64,000 bases of DNA from assembly GCA_020846775.1 (NCBI GenBank), contig JADLDG010000023.1, forward strand, positions 75,298 to 139,297, written 5' to 3'. This document shows positions 10,263-20,397 of the stretch, one piece after another. A program made the translations under genes and the position numbers. Positions within the stretch are counted from its first letter, which is position 1. Each line of letters starts with the position of its first letter. Source of the DNA: Nitrospirota bacterium. GTDB taxonomy: Bacteria > Nitrospirota > 9FT-COMBO-42-15 > HDB-SIOI813. The notes under the pieces were generated by a model that saw nothing but the letters and a program-made list of their open reading frames with translations, searched no databases and was not told the DNA's origin.

Positions 10263-12128
10263 TTATTTAAAATTATAGTTGAAGAGAATAACACTATGCG
10301 GATTTATTGTAATAGTTATTGCTGATTCGTTGGATTCTATGCTTTGATCTGAAATACCTCCTCTCCCCCCCCACTCTTCTGACGATGAATCGAGCAGTTT
10401 ATACCACAAACCCTTTGACAGGTTTAATTTTGTTTTTAAACAGTCATCACTGAAATTAAATACATAGAAAAGGTCATTATCTTTAAACCATCTCCTGATA
10501 TAGATTCCCTTCTCACTAGGAATAACCTTAATATCTGTATTTTCTCTGATTAAATTTGAAAGCGCCGGTAGTTCCTTCCTCAGGCGTATAACTTCCTTAT
10601 AATATTTAAAAAGAAAACGATGAGATCCAGCAATGCGATGAAGTTCAGAATTGATCTTTGAACTTTTAAATGTAGTTATGTCCTGGGGGTCCGGAATATC
10701 ACCCTCCCACCTGAAGGAGGAAAACTCTTCACTTCGTCCCTTTCTTACAGCGTCAATAAGAGCCTCATCAGAGTGACTTACAAAGTATTGAAACGGTGCT
10801 GTTTCGCCATATTCTTCTCCCATAAATAACAGCGGTATGTAAGGAGATAATACCACAGCAGCTGCTGCGAGCTTGAGCTTCTCAATTGACTGCGTCAGGC
10901 TGAGTCTGTCACCTTTCATCCTGTTTCCAACCTGATCATGGTTTTGCGAAAAGACTATGAACTGCTTTGCTTCCCTATCCCTGGCTGAACTGCCATGCCG
11001 GCGTCTCCTGAATGAAGAGTATTGTCCGGAATAAACAAAACCTTCTGTCAGGGCCTTTTTCAGCTGTTCAATCTGGCCAAAATCCTCATAGTACCCGCTA
11101 TGTTCTCCTGTTATCAGGGTATGAATTACATGATGGTAGTCATCGTTCCACTGTGCATCAAGACCATATCCTCCGATGTCTTCAGGACTTATAACCCGTA
11201 CATCATTAAGGTCGCTTTCCGGTATTACGTAGGCCTTTCTTCCCAGGGCATCAGCCTCTCTATGCACTGCATCTCCCAACTCCTGCAGGATATGTCTGGC
11301 GCTGAAATCGAAAATACCATGTATTGCGTCCACACGCAAAGCATCAAAGTGATATTCAGAAATCCAGTAAAGGGCGTTGCTGATTATATATTTTCTTACA
11401 TCATCGCTGAATGGACCGTCGTAATTGATGGCATCACCCCAGGGTGTCTTGTATCGCTCTGTAAAATAGTAGCCGAATTGGTTCAGGTAATTTCCTTCCG
11501 GACCAAGATGATTGTAAACGACATCAAGTATTACGGCTAAACCATTGCGGTGACATGCATCAATAAGCATCTTTAACCCGGCTGGACCGCCATAGGAATT
11601 CTGGGGGGCAAAATGGTACACACCGTCATATCCCCAGTTTCTGTTGCCGGGAAATTGTGACACCGGCATGAGTTCAATTGCTGTTATACCGAGATCACGT
11701 AAATATGCCATCTTTGATATGACTGCTTCAAACGTGCCTTCTTCTGTAAATGTGCCAACGTGCAGCTCGTAGATCAGGTAATCTTCAAGAGACAGCCCCA
11801 TCCACTTGCTATCGCTCCATCTAAATTCCTCAGGGTTAACTATCTCGGAAGGCCCGTGTACACCTTCAGGCTGGAATCTTGATGCCGGATCAGGATATGC
11901 ATTCCCACCCTTCTGTACATATAGATATCGGTCTCCTGCAGATATATCGAGTGCGATAGCTTTAAAATATCCGAATGAATCCTTCTTTAAAGATATATCC
12001 CCTTTTCCTTTACCTGAAACCATCCTGACTGACAATTCATTTATTCTTGGTGCCCAGACATTAAAACTGACTCTGCCATTATCAATAGCTGACGCTCCGA
12101 GATCTAATTTCCAGTTTCCGTTAGTCAA
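10263..12128 (-). CDS. treZ: Malto-oligosyltrehalose trehalohydrolase
   Basis: 621 aa. N-terminal CBM48-like region, GH13 catalytic core (…ILDVVYNHLGPEGNYL…, …FDALRVDAIHGI…, …FSQNHDQVGNR…). Appears full length. Confidence 0.85.
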   Translation of the reverse strand: MTNGNWKLDLGASAIDNGRVSFNVWAPRINELSVRMVSGKGKGDISLKKDSFGYFKAIALDISAGDRYLYVQKGGNAYPDPASRFQPEGVHGPSEIVNPEEFRWSDSKWMGLSLEDYLIYELHVGTFTEEGTFEAVISKMAYLRDLGITAIELMPVSQFPGNRNWGYDGVYHFAPQNSYGGPAGLKMLIDACHRNGLAVILDVVYNHLGPEGNYLNQFGYYFTERYKTPWGDAINYDGPFSDDVRKYIISNALYWISEYHFDALRVDAIHGIFDFSARHILQELGDAVHREADALGRKAYVIPESDLNDVRVISPEDIGGYGLDAQWNDDYHHVIHTLITGEHSGYYEDFGQIEQLKKALTEGFVYSGQYSSFRRRRHGSSARDREAKQFIVFSQNHDQVGNRMKGDRLSLTQSIEKLKLAAAAVVLSPYIPLLFMGEEYGETAPFQYFVSHSDEALIDAVRKGRSEEFSSFRWEGDIPDPQDITTFKSSKINSELHRIAGSHRFLFKYYKEVIRLRKELPALSNLIRENTDIKVIPSEKGIYIRRWFKDNDLFYVFNFSDDCLKTKLNLSKGLWYKLLDSSSEEWGGRGGISDQSIESNESAITITINPHSVILFNYNFK

Positions 12129-12479
12129 ACAGGCTTCCTTTCCTGGTCATAAACCTGATAGTATTGAATTTCTTTGAACTGACCTCTCAGACTGCGACCT
12201 TATAAAACTAATGTGAGAGATGCTTAGCGATTCTGTATGAAATAATTAGTGAATAAATACAGTATAACCTTTTATCAGGTCTTGTTTCAAGTCACGATAT
12301 AACCAGATAGTTTATTCCCTCAAACAGATAGAAATAATCTTAATATTTGAGTTGAGGATTGACCAGCATCTATTACGGGGGTTATACTAAATAAGACTTC
12401 AATCTGATGCCGGCCCTGCTGGGCTGAATATGCTATATTACATGATACAAAGAAATATAACTTATTAGAAGGCCATGTC

Positions 12480-15089
12480 ATGGGAATAAAGAGGAAAATA
12501 TTATTAGCCATCCTCATAGCAGGTTTTATCGCCTTAATCATTGGCTTGACGGTAACATATTACAGTGTCAAGGATGTCCTGACCGAGGCTATCGGGAGCA
12601 ACTTCGCCGAGATTGCAAAAAAGTCTTCAGACCGCTTCGATGCCGCAATAAAAAAAGAGATTATCACATTTCGCTTTTTAGCAGGCGACCCATCCCTTAT
12701 CAACGCCGTTGTAAATAATGACCGAAATAAAATCGAGGCCGATCTCATCCGGTATCTGAAACTTCCTGAAGAATTAGAAGTCCACCTTGGACTCTTTGTT
12801 GTAAATGCCAAAGGTTTGATAATTGCCGGCAGCCGGCGATTCAAGGTAGACCAGTCAAAAGAGGAAAGATGGAGGGTTACAAACAGTCATGGTGAGGGCA
12901 AGGTGTATGCAAGCGATATATATACAGACCCGCTTACCGGGAAGAGGGCCATGGACTTAGGTATCCCGATCAGGGACCTTTCAACCGGCACTGTTGTCGG
13001 CGCCATCATGACAATAGTGAATGTTGATGAGTTTTTTAAATTTATTGCTGACATGAGTTTTGCCAGGACCGGACATGGCATGATTATTAACTCAGGCGGC
13101 AGATCTCTTATCTGTCCTGTCCGTCCACCTGAAGAGCATAGCGTTGACCAGTCACTCATTGCATTAGTCACCGGTAAGGGAGGCGGATGGAGTCTTGTGG
13201 ATGAGGATCTTCATGGCGGCAAGAACTCAGTTGTTGGTTTCAGTGAGTTAATCTACCTGAATTCATTGGGTGATGACAGCCTTGGAGGTTATAAATGGTA
13301 TACCTACATCAGGCAGGATCCTGCTGAGACTTTTGCACCCGTAAAAAGGCTCATGCTGATGCTTTTCATAGTTGAGTCATTTCTTGTGTTATTAATATGT
13401 GCCCTTGGCGTCTATCTTATCCAAAGATTGGTATTAATACCTGTAGGGTCCATTCATGGCGGAGTCGAACAGATCGAACAGGGTCATCTCGATTACAGGA
13501 TAAATATACACACTGGTGATGAGCTCGAATCACTGGCGAATAGTTTCAACAAGATGAGTGCTTCGTTGAAAGACCTTTATAATAATCTTGAGATAATGAT
13601 AAGGGAAAGGACTTCAGAGCTGGAGACAACAAAGAATTATCTTGAAAGCATCCTCAGGCACTCTTCTGATATGATAATCACCACAGACATGGATGGCCGT
13701 ATAGTAACATTTAACGAAGGGGCCGAACGGATGCTGGGGTATAAACAGAGTGAAGTAATTGGGTCACTAATGTCAGATTATTATTATAACAAGGATGACA
13801 GGCAGAAACTTCTTATGATTGTCAGTGCAGGGAAGATGGTTACTAATTATGAAACTAAACTCGTAAGAAAAGACGGGGAGAATATAGATATAAGCCTTTC
13901 TATTTCTGAACTCAGAAATGAGAATGGTGAGGTAATAGGTACCGTTGGAATCAGTAAGGATATTACTGAATGGAAGCTGGCACAACTCAAATTGAAGGAG
14001 TACTCTCTTGAGCTGGAGACTATGGTTGAGAAGAGGACGCTGGAGTTATGGGAGAGTAAGACCCATCTTGAGGCTATGCTTGGGGGAATAGCCGAAGGCG
14101 TCGTTTTTGTGGATAATAAAAATAAAATCACCCTTATCAATGACGCAGCTGAAGTAATATTTGGAATCAGAAGAGATGACTGGTATGGTAAGGATTTTAA
14201 AGGCGCCCATTCTGAAAAAGCACATGCAAAGGCAACTGAGATAATTTCTGATATGAGGGAAGGAAAGATAAAGTCATACTCTTCTGAGATTAAGGCATTA
14301 GATAAGACTATCCTTGCCCATTTTTCTCCGATCATGCATGGTACTGAATATCTCGGTGTAATTTTTATTGCTACTGATATAACTGAAATTAAGAGTCTGC
14401 AGACAGAGCTTGTGCAGTCTGAAAAACTTGCGCTCGTTGGAAAAATGTCCTCCGCTATAGCCCATGAATTGAGAAATCCCCTGGTCCCTATTGGAGGTTT
14501 TGCCAACATTATATATAAGAGGCTGGAAGAACAATCCCCTTTAAAGAAATATGCCGGTATTATAGTTAGCGAAATAGACCGGCTTGAAAAGCTTCTCCAT
14601 AATATTTTGTATTTTACAAAAGATGCAAAGCCTGAGCTGAAGCCTGATAATCTGAATGATATTTTAAATGATTTGCTGTTCTTCTATAAAGGTACATTTG
14701 AAGAGCATAATATAATGCTCAGCGCCCGGCTTTCTCCTGACTTGCCTTTGGTGAATCTTGACCACTCGCTTATTAAACAGGCCCTTATCAATTTGATTAT
14801 CAATGCTGTTCAGGCCATGGAATCGGGAGGTTTGCTGACTGTGGAGAGTCTGACCATAAAGGAGAATGATACAGACTACGCTGTAGTTGTGGTGAATGAC
14901 ACTGGATCAGGAATACCGGAAGATATAATGAATAATATCTTCGATCCCTTCTATACTACGAAGATACGCGGTCTTGGGTTAGGGTTATCACTTACTCGCA
15001 GGATTGTAGAGTCACATGGAGGGAAGATAAACGTGGAAAGCGAAGATGGGGTTGGCACTACATTTACAATGAAACTTCCGGCTTTATAA
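12480..15089 (+). CDS. Sensor histidine kinase (periplasmic Cache-like sensor, HAMP, two PAS domains, HisKA, HATPase_c)
   Basis: 869 aa. N-terminal TM helix, periplasmic domain and second TM followed by HAMP. PAS regions (…MIITTDMDGRIVTFNEGAERMLGY…). H-box …AHELRNPL… and C-terminal G-boxes (…NDTGSGIPED…GLGLGLSL…). No adjacent response regulator. Confidence 0.85.
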   Translation: MGIKRKILLAILIAGFIALIIGLTVTYYSVKDVLTEAIGSNFAEIAKKSSDRFDAAIKKEIITFRFLAGDPSLINAVVNNDRNKIEADLIRYLKLPEELEVHLGLFVVNAKGLIIAGSRRFKVDQSKEERWRVTNSHGEGKVYASDIYTDPLTGKRAMDLGIPIRDLSTGTVVGAIMTIVNVDEFFKFIADMSFARTGHGMIINSGGRSLICPVRPPEEHSVDQSLIALVTGKGGGWSLVDEDLHGGKNSVVGFSELIYLNSLGDDSLGGYKWYTYIRQDPAETFAPVKRLMLMLFIVESFLVLLICALGVYLIQRLVLIPVGSIHGGVEQIEQGHLDYRINIHTGDELESLANSFNKMSASLKDLYNNLEIMIRERTSELETTKNYLESILRHSSDMIITTDMDGRIVTFNEGAERMLGYKQSEVIGSLMSDYYYNKDDRQKLLMIVSAGKMVTNYETKLVRKDGENIDISLSISELRNENGEVIGTVGISKDITEWKLAQLKLKEYSLELETMVEKRTLELWESKTHLEAMLGGIAEGVVFVDNKNKITLINDAAEVIFGIRRDDWYGKDFKGAHSEKAHAKATEIISDMREGKIKSYSSEIKALDKTILAHFSPIMHGTEYLGVIFIATDITEIKSLQTELVQSEKLALVGKMSSAIAHELRNPLVPIGGFANIIYKRLEEQSPLKKYAGIIVSEIDRLEKLLHNILYFTKDAKPELKPDNLNDILNDLLFFYKGTFEEHNIMLSARLSPDLPLVNLDHSLIKQALINLIINAVQAMESGGLLTVESLTIKENDTDYAVVVVNDTGSGIPEDIMNNIFDPFYTTKIRGLGLGLSLTRRIVESHGGKINVESEDGVGTTFTMKLPAL

Positions 15090-15115
15090 AAAGACCTGTT
15101 CCTTCGACATCACGG

Positions 15116-16132
15116 TTAAAATCCAATAGCATCCCGGGCTTCTTCAAGGACTGAAAAGGCTGCTTCGTGCGCCCGTTTTGCCCCTTCGTTTACGATCCCC
15201 CTGATCAGGTCAGGATTAGATTCAAACTGTGTGCGTCTCTCCCATATGGGCTCTAATTTTTGAAGAAGTGCACTGTTGAGCCATTTCTTGCAATCTATAC
15301 AGCCGATTCCTGCCGTCCTGCAGCCTGCATCCGCCTGTTGAATTATTTCCTGCGGGGAGTAGACCCGGTGCAGGCTGAATACCGGGCATACTTCCGGATC
15401 TCCCGGATCCGTACGTTTAATGCGTTTTGGGTCAGTGACCATAGTCCTGAGTTTCTCCCATACATCTTCCTTAGTGTCAGCAAGATAGATTGCGTTATTG
15501 TAGCTCTTGCTCATCTTCCTGCCGTCAGTGCCCGGGATCTTGGGAAATTCTGTCATCAGAGGCTGAGGTTCAGGAAATACAGGTTTATATAGAAAGTTAA
15601 ATCGCCTTGCAACCTCTCTCGTCAATTCAAGATGTGGAAGCTGATCAATACCTACAGGGACAAAATCAGCTTTATAAATAAGAATGTCCGCTGCCTGAAG
15701 TAACGGGTAACCGAGAAAACCATATGTGGATAGGTCCCGGTCTTTCAACTCCAGTTGTTGATCCTTGTATGTCGGGACCCTCTCAAGCCACGGCAAAGGT
15801 GTTATCATTGAGAATAGTAAGTGGAGTTCAGCATGTTCCGGTACCTGAGATTGAATAAATATTGTGCATTTATCAGGATCCAGGCCTGCGGCAAGCCAGT
15901 CAACCAGCATGTTGTGAGTATACTCTCTGAGTTTTCCGGTCTTTGCATAATCCGTCGAAAGGGCGTGCCAGTCAGCAACAAAGAAGAATGATTCATATTC
16001 ATCCTGTAATTTCATCCAGTTGTCAAGTGCACCGCTGAAATTTCCAAGATGAAGTTTCCCGCTCGGCCGCATACCGCTTAAAACACGTTTTTTCATTTGA
16101 ATATAACCTTTCAAATCCCCCTCCTTCGACAA
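15116..16132 (-). CDS. trpS: Tryptophan--tRNA ligase
   Basis: Class I aaRS motifs HLGN and KMSKS with TrpRS-specific surrounding sequence. Start is ambiguous: ATG at 16132 (MSKEGDLKGY…) or ATG at 16096 (MKKRVLSG…). Confidence 0.9.
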   Translation of the reverse strand: MSKEGDLKGYIQMKKRVLSGMRPSGKLHLGNFSGALDNWMKLQDEYESFFFVADWHALSTDYAKTGKLREYTHNMLVDWLAAGLDPDKCTIFIQSQVPEHAELHLLFSMITPLPWLERVPTYKDQQLELKDRDLSTYGFLGYPLLQAADILIYKADFVPVGIDQLPHLELTREVARRFNFLYKPVFPEPQPLMTEFPKIPGTDGRKMSKSYNNAIYLADTKEDVWEKLRTMVTDPKRIKRTDPGDPEVCPVFSLHRVYSPQEIIQQADAGCRTAGIGCIDCKKWLNSALLQKLEPIWERRTQFESNPDLIRGIVNEGAKRAHEAAFSVLEEARDAIGF

Positions 16133-16290
16133 GCTCAGGACAAGCTTTCCCCCCTTTTTCTAAAGTGGGGATAACTAATTTCCCCCTTTGAAAAAGGGAG
16201 ATTAAGGGGGATTTCATCATCTCTTATGAGACACACCCTTTACTTCTTATGACTCATTGCTCATCGCTCATCGCTTCTTCAGCTCATTGC

Positions 16291-16980
16291 TTAAAATACC
16301 GGCATCCCTGCAAATAACCTGGTTAACACGCTCATTATCGGCCATATTATGTATGTCATAAAACCAAAAGGATTAAGGAATACAAGCACTGAAATTATCA
16401 ATAGTCCGTAAGGCTCCAGTCTGCCGAGGAATTCCGCTTGCCTATAAGGCAGCAGGCCTGCAAGGATCCTGCTGCCGTCCAGAGGAGGTACAGGAATAAG
16501 ATTAAAGACAGCAAGAACAATATTCCACTTAATTCCTTCCTTTAACATAAGGATAAGTGGTACCACTACGTATGAGAGAAAGCCCGATCGTGATGTCATA
16601 TACATGGATTGTGATATTAGAAACTGGAATAAAATGCCGCAGATTAATGCCATCAGGATATTTATCCCCGGTCCCGCAGCGCCAACCCATATCATATCCC
16701 TCTTTGGATTCCTCAGGTTAGCAAAATTAACTGGTACAGGTTTTGCCGCACCTATTATGAATCCTGCCAGGATATATGTAATAATGGGAAGAAGTATCGT
16801 CCCGAAGGGATCAATGTGCGCTATTGGATTTAATGTCAGTCTTCCGGCAATTTTTGCCGTCGGGTCGCCTAATTTGTATGCCACCCATCCGTGAGCAGCC
16901 TCATGTAAAGTGATTGCCAGAACAACCGGGATTGCCATTATGGCAATATTCTGGAGGATAATATTAAAATCAGCGTTCAA
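16291..16980 (-). CDS. Peptidase M50 (site-2 protease family) integral membrane metalloprotease
   Basis: 229 aa, polytopic. HEAAHG zinc motif in a TM segment and a downstream …PPLDGSR… LDG motif. Confidence 0.75.
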   Translation of the reverse strand: MNADFNIILQNIAIMAIPVVLAITLHEAAHGWVAYKLGDPTAKIAGRLTLNPIAHIDPFGTILLPIITYILAGFIIGAAKPVPVNFANLRNPKRDMIWVGAAGPGINILMALICGILFQFLISQSMYMTSRSGFLSYVVVPLILMLKEGIKWNIVLAVFNLIPVPPLDGSRILAGLLPYRQAEFLGRLEPYGLLIISVLVFLNPFGFMTYIIWPIMSVLTRLFAGMPVF

Positions 16981-16987
16981 TCTATTA

Positions 16988-18856
16988 TTATCCCTGTATA
17001 TCCCTTACCTGTACCAGCACCTCATCGGGGTTTACATTGTCACCCTCGGAGACATAAATCTTTTCAACTATGCCGGATATTGGTGTGTGAACCTCATTTT
17101 CCATTTTCATAGCCTCAACTATCAATACAGTATCACCTGCGTCAACCTTTTCTCCTGTCTTTATCATAATCCTGACTACAGTCCCAGGCATCGGGGTTGT
17201 AACATCACCAGGTTCTTTTGCCTTAGGCCTGATGGAGTGACCCGTTGCCCTCGCATCAATGACACCTGATATGCTTGGGACTACCTCAACAAGTGATTCG
17301 ACCAGAACTTCCTGAAGCAGGTCATCAACATAAATGAAAAAAGGTCTTCCACCCTCACCAGGATGCCCCATGCCGCCAACTTTCACATGATATGTTTCGC
17401 CGTGAAGCTTCAGGTTAAACTCACTTGGGGCAAGGTGTGATATAGCAGCTTCATCCTTTATTTCAGGAACTGTACCTTTCTCCTGGGCTGCCATCTCCTC
17501 AGGCAGAATGCCCTTTTCCCTCGCTTCAAAGAAATCGAGGGCCACTTTTGGGAAAAGTGCATAAAGGAGGATATCATCAATATCTCGTGCCTTATCACCA
17601 ACTTCTGATGTCAGCTTTTTCAGCTCAGGTTCAAGGAGGTCAGCCGGGCGCCGTTCAATGAATTCCTCATCGCCAATGGCCTTTTTTCTTATGGCTTCGT
17701 CTATTGGAGCTGGAGGCCTTCCGTAAAGCCCCTTAAGATAATTCCTTGTTTCAGTAGTTATGACTTTGTATCGCTCACCAGTTACCACATTAAGGGCGGC
17801 CTGGGTGCCTACTATCTGACTCATTGGAGTAACAAGTGGTGGATATCCAAATTCTTTTCGGACAATAGGCACTTCCTTTAATACATCCTTCATCTTGTCA
17901 AGCGCCTGCTGTTCGCTTAGCTGAGATGCAAGATTTGAAGTCATCCCTCCGGGGATCTGGTAAATAAGCACTGCAGGATCAACGCCTGTATATTCACTCT
18001 CAAAGAGTTTGTAGCTCTTTCTTATCGTCCTGAAATAATCTGAAATGTCGGATATAAGTTCCATGTTGAGATCAGTATAATACCTGGATGAAAGATTTAT
18101 GATATTGGCAAAGGTTTCAACAGGCGGCTGAGACGTCCCTGATGCGAGGGCAGAGACCGCTGTATCTACTATGTCAATACCTGCCTCTACCGCCTTCACA
18201 TATGTCGCAACAGACATCCCGCTTGTATCATGAGTGTGTAGATGAAGCGGTGTTGATAACGATTTTTTCAGCTCACTTATAAGTTCAAAGGCATCATACG
18301 GGGAAAGAAGTCCAGCCATATCCTTGATACATATAGTATCGCATCCCATATCCTCTAATCTCTTGCCCATATCAACAAAGAGGCTGTTACTATGCACCGG
18401 ACTAATTGTATAACATATGGTGCCTTCGACCTTGCCATCATTTTTCAGGGTAGCCTTGACTGCAGTCTTAATATTCCTGAAGTCGTTTAATGCATCAAAT
18501 ATCCTGAATATGTTGATTCCGTTTTCAACCGCGCGTTCAACAAACTTTTCAACAATGTCATCTGAATAATGCCTGTATCCAACGAGGTTTTGACCGCGTA
18601 GAAGCATCTGAAACGGAGTATTAGGCATATGTCCTTTCAGGAGCCTTATGCGCTCCCAGGGATCCTCCTTCAGATATCTCATACTTGAATCAAATGTAGC
18701 GCCTCCCCACATCTCAACAGACCAGTATCCTGCCTTGTCTATCTTTTCAGCAATGGGAAGCATATCAGCCGTTCTGAGACGTGTGGCAATCAAAGACTGA
18801 TGCGCATCCCTGAGAGTCGTGTCGGTAACATGTATCTTCCGTTTCTTGTTTTTCAC
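16988..18856 (-). CDS. pycB: Pyruvate carboxylase subunit B (carboxyltransferase plus biotin carboxyl carrier domain)
   Basis: 622 aa. N-terminal HMGL-like pyruvate carboxyltransferase domain (…IHVTDTTLRDAHQSL…). C-terminal biotinyl domain with EAMKM biotin-attachment motif. Immediately downstream of a biotin carboxylase gene. Confidence 0.8.
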   Translation of the reverse strand: MKNKKRKIHVTDTTLRDAHQSLIATRLRTADMLPIAEKIDKAGYWSVEMWGGATFDSSMRYLKEDPWERIRLLKGHMPNTPFQMLLRGQNLVGYRHYSDDIVEKFVERAVENGINIFRIFDALNDFRNIKTAVKATLKNDGKVEGTICYTISPVHSNSLFVDMGKRLEDMGCDTICIKDMAGLLSPYDAFELISELKKSLSTPLHLHTHDTSGMSVATYVKAVEAGIDIVDTAVSALASGTSQPPVETFANIINLSSRYYTDLNMELISDISDYFRTIRKSYKLFESEYTGVDPAVLIYQIPGGMTSNLASQLSEQQALDKMKDVLKEVPIVRKEFGYPPLVTPMSQIVGTQAALNVVTGERYKVITTETRNYLKGLYGRPPAPIDEAIRKKAIGDEEFIERRPADLLEPELKKLTSEVGDKARDIDDILLYALFPKVALDFFEAREKGILPEEMAAQEKGTVPEIKDEAAISHLAPSEFNLKLHGETYHVKVGGMGHPGEGGRPFFIYVDDLLQEVLVESLVEVVPSISGVIDARATGHSIRPKAKEPGDVTTPMPGTVVRIMIKTGEKVDAGDTVLIVEAMKMENEVHTPISGIVEKIYVSEGDNVNPDEVLVQVRDIQG

Positions 18857-18870
18857 AATGGCCCTCTTAT

Positions 18871-20289
18871 TTATCTATGAGTGTGAGCAGCTATGGCTGT
18901 AGCTATGGCATAAACCAGGTCTAACCTGTCATTTTCATCTTCATAGACCAGTGAGTCTATGTTGTTATCTATATAGTGCGTATCAAAATCTCCCTTGCGG
19001 AATTTATCATCGCGCATGATCATCCGGTAAAAGGGTATTGTGGTTTTAACACCCCTTATAACAAATTCATCAAGGCTCCTGATTGTTCTGTCAACGGCCT
19101 CATCCCAGTTTCGTCCCCAAACGGTAAGCTTTGCAAGCATTGAATCATAATAAGGGGGTACCAGATAACCTCTGTAAACGTTTCCATCAATTCTGACGCC
19201 AAAACCGCCTGGTGAATAGTACGCAGTCAGCCTTCCGGTTACAGGAAGAAAATTATTTTTGGGGTCTTCTGCATTAATTCTGCATTCAATTGCTGCACCG
19301 CTGATTTGAATATCAGATTGAGTGAATTCCAGTTTCTCACCTGCAGCAATTTTTATCATTTCTTTAACAACATCAATTCCCGTTATTTCCTCAGTAATGG
19401 TGTGCTCCACCTGTATACGTGTGTTCATCTCCAGAAAATAATAGTTCCTGTCTTTGTCAACCAGAAATTCTATCGTTCCAGCATTGGAATAACCGGCGGC
19501 TTGTGCAGCTTTGACTGCTGCCTGTCCCATCTCATCCCTTAAGTCAGTATCGAGAAATGGAGAAGGTGCGACCTCAATCAATTTCTGGTGTCTTCTCTGT
19601 ATTGAACAATCACGCTCACCGAGATGAACAATGTTTCCGTAATTGTCAGCTAATATCTGAAACTCTATATGCCTTGGAGAGACAATGTATTTTTCTATGT
19701 AGACATCGTCCTTCCCGAATGCCTTGAGCGCCTCTGATCTTGCCTGATCATAACACCGTTTCAAATCATCAGGTGTATGACAGAGACGAAGACCTCTTCC
19801 CCCGCCGCCGGCAGATGCCTTCAGCATAACAGGATAACCTATCTCTGAAGCAATTTGTTCTGCCTCTTTAAAAGAGCCAATACCATGGTCTATACCAGGA
19901 ACAACTGATATACCGGCCTTCATCATCATCTGGCGTGCCAATATCTTGTCACCCATCGTCCTAATTGCATTTGGAGAGGGCCCTATAAATGTGATTCCGT
20001 TTTCTTCACAGGCCTCGGCAAACTCATGATTCTCGGCCAGAAAACCATAACCTGGATGGATAGCATCAACCCCCCTCTGCCTGGCAAGGTCAATGATTCT
20101 GTAAATATTCAGATATCCTGCAACCGGACCAGGACCGACGAGACATGACTCATCTGCCTTCTTTACATAAAGGGTCGTGGCATCGGCCTCAGAATGAATT
20201 GCCACCGTAGCAATATTAAGTTCCTTACAGGAGCGGATTATTCTTAAGGCAATCTCTCCCCTGTTAGCTATCAAGACCTTTTTAAACAT
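18871..20289 (-). CDS. pycA: Biotin carboxylase (pyruvate carboxylase subunit A)
   Basis: 472 aa ATP-grasp biotin carboxylase (MFKKVLIANRGEIALRIIR…, …GGGGRGLR…, …EMNTRIQVEH…). Confidence 0.85.
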   Translation of the reverse strand: MFKKVLIANRGEIALRIIRSCKELNIATVAIHSEADATTLYVKKADESCLVGPGPVAGYLNIYRIIDLARQRGVDAIHPGYGFLAENHEFAEACEENGITFIGPSPNAIRTMGDKILARQMMMKAGISVVPGIDHGIGSFKEAEQIASEIGYPVMLKASAGGGGRGLRLCHTPDDLKRCYDQARSEALKAFGKDDVYIEKYIVSPRHIEFQILADNYGNIVHLGERDCSIQRRHQKLIEVAPSPFLDTDLRDEMGQAAVKAAQAAGYSNAGTIEFLVDKDRNYYFLEMNTRIQVEHTITEEITGIDVVKEMIKIAAGEKLEFTQSDIQISGAAIECRINAEDPKNNFLPVTGRLTAYYSPGGFGVRIDGNVYRGYLVPPYYDSMLAKLTVWGRNWDEAVDRTIRSLDEFVIRGVKTTIPFYRMIMRDDKFRKGDFDTHYIDNNIDSLVYEDENDRLDLVYAIATAIAAHTHR

Positions 20290-20397
20290 TAATCAGCGCC
20301 AGATTCTTTTACGGGTTCTATTGGTTAAGGATGCAAGGGGTCAAGTAAAATTGGTCCCTGTTAAGTTTGACAATTCTATACTATTGAGGCAGTTACG

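Noticed and set aside
11022-11540. 172-aa plus-strand ORF inside treZ
   Set aside because: It is antisense to a full-length GH13 gene with strong homology and has no independent signals.
13847-14509. 220-aa minus-strand ORF antisense to the PAS sensor kinase
   Set aside because: It lies entirely inside a well-supported kinase CDS, is low-complexity S/I-rich and has no start context. It is an antisense artefact of the six-frame track.
16255-16290. Tandem heptamers (TCATCGC / TCATTGC) as a CRISPR or minisatellite array
   Set aside because: There are only about 4 short units without spacers and no cas genes. More likely this is part of a regulatory leader.
16133-16290. TRAP-type (GAG/UAG triplet) binding site regulating trpS
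   Set aside because: GAG triplets are present but are irregularly spaced (4 or 13 nt rather than 2-3 nt) and too few. TRAP regulation is restricted to Bacillales.
16988-18856. Oxaloacetate decarboxylase (Na+ pump) alpha subunit
   Set aside because: It has the same domain pair as pyruvate carboxylase subunit B. However, no oadB or oadG membrane subunits are adjacent and a biotin carboxylase gene is immediately upstream, which favours carboxylase.
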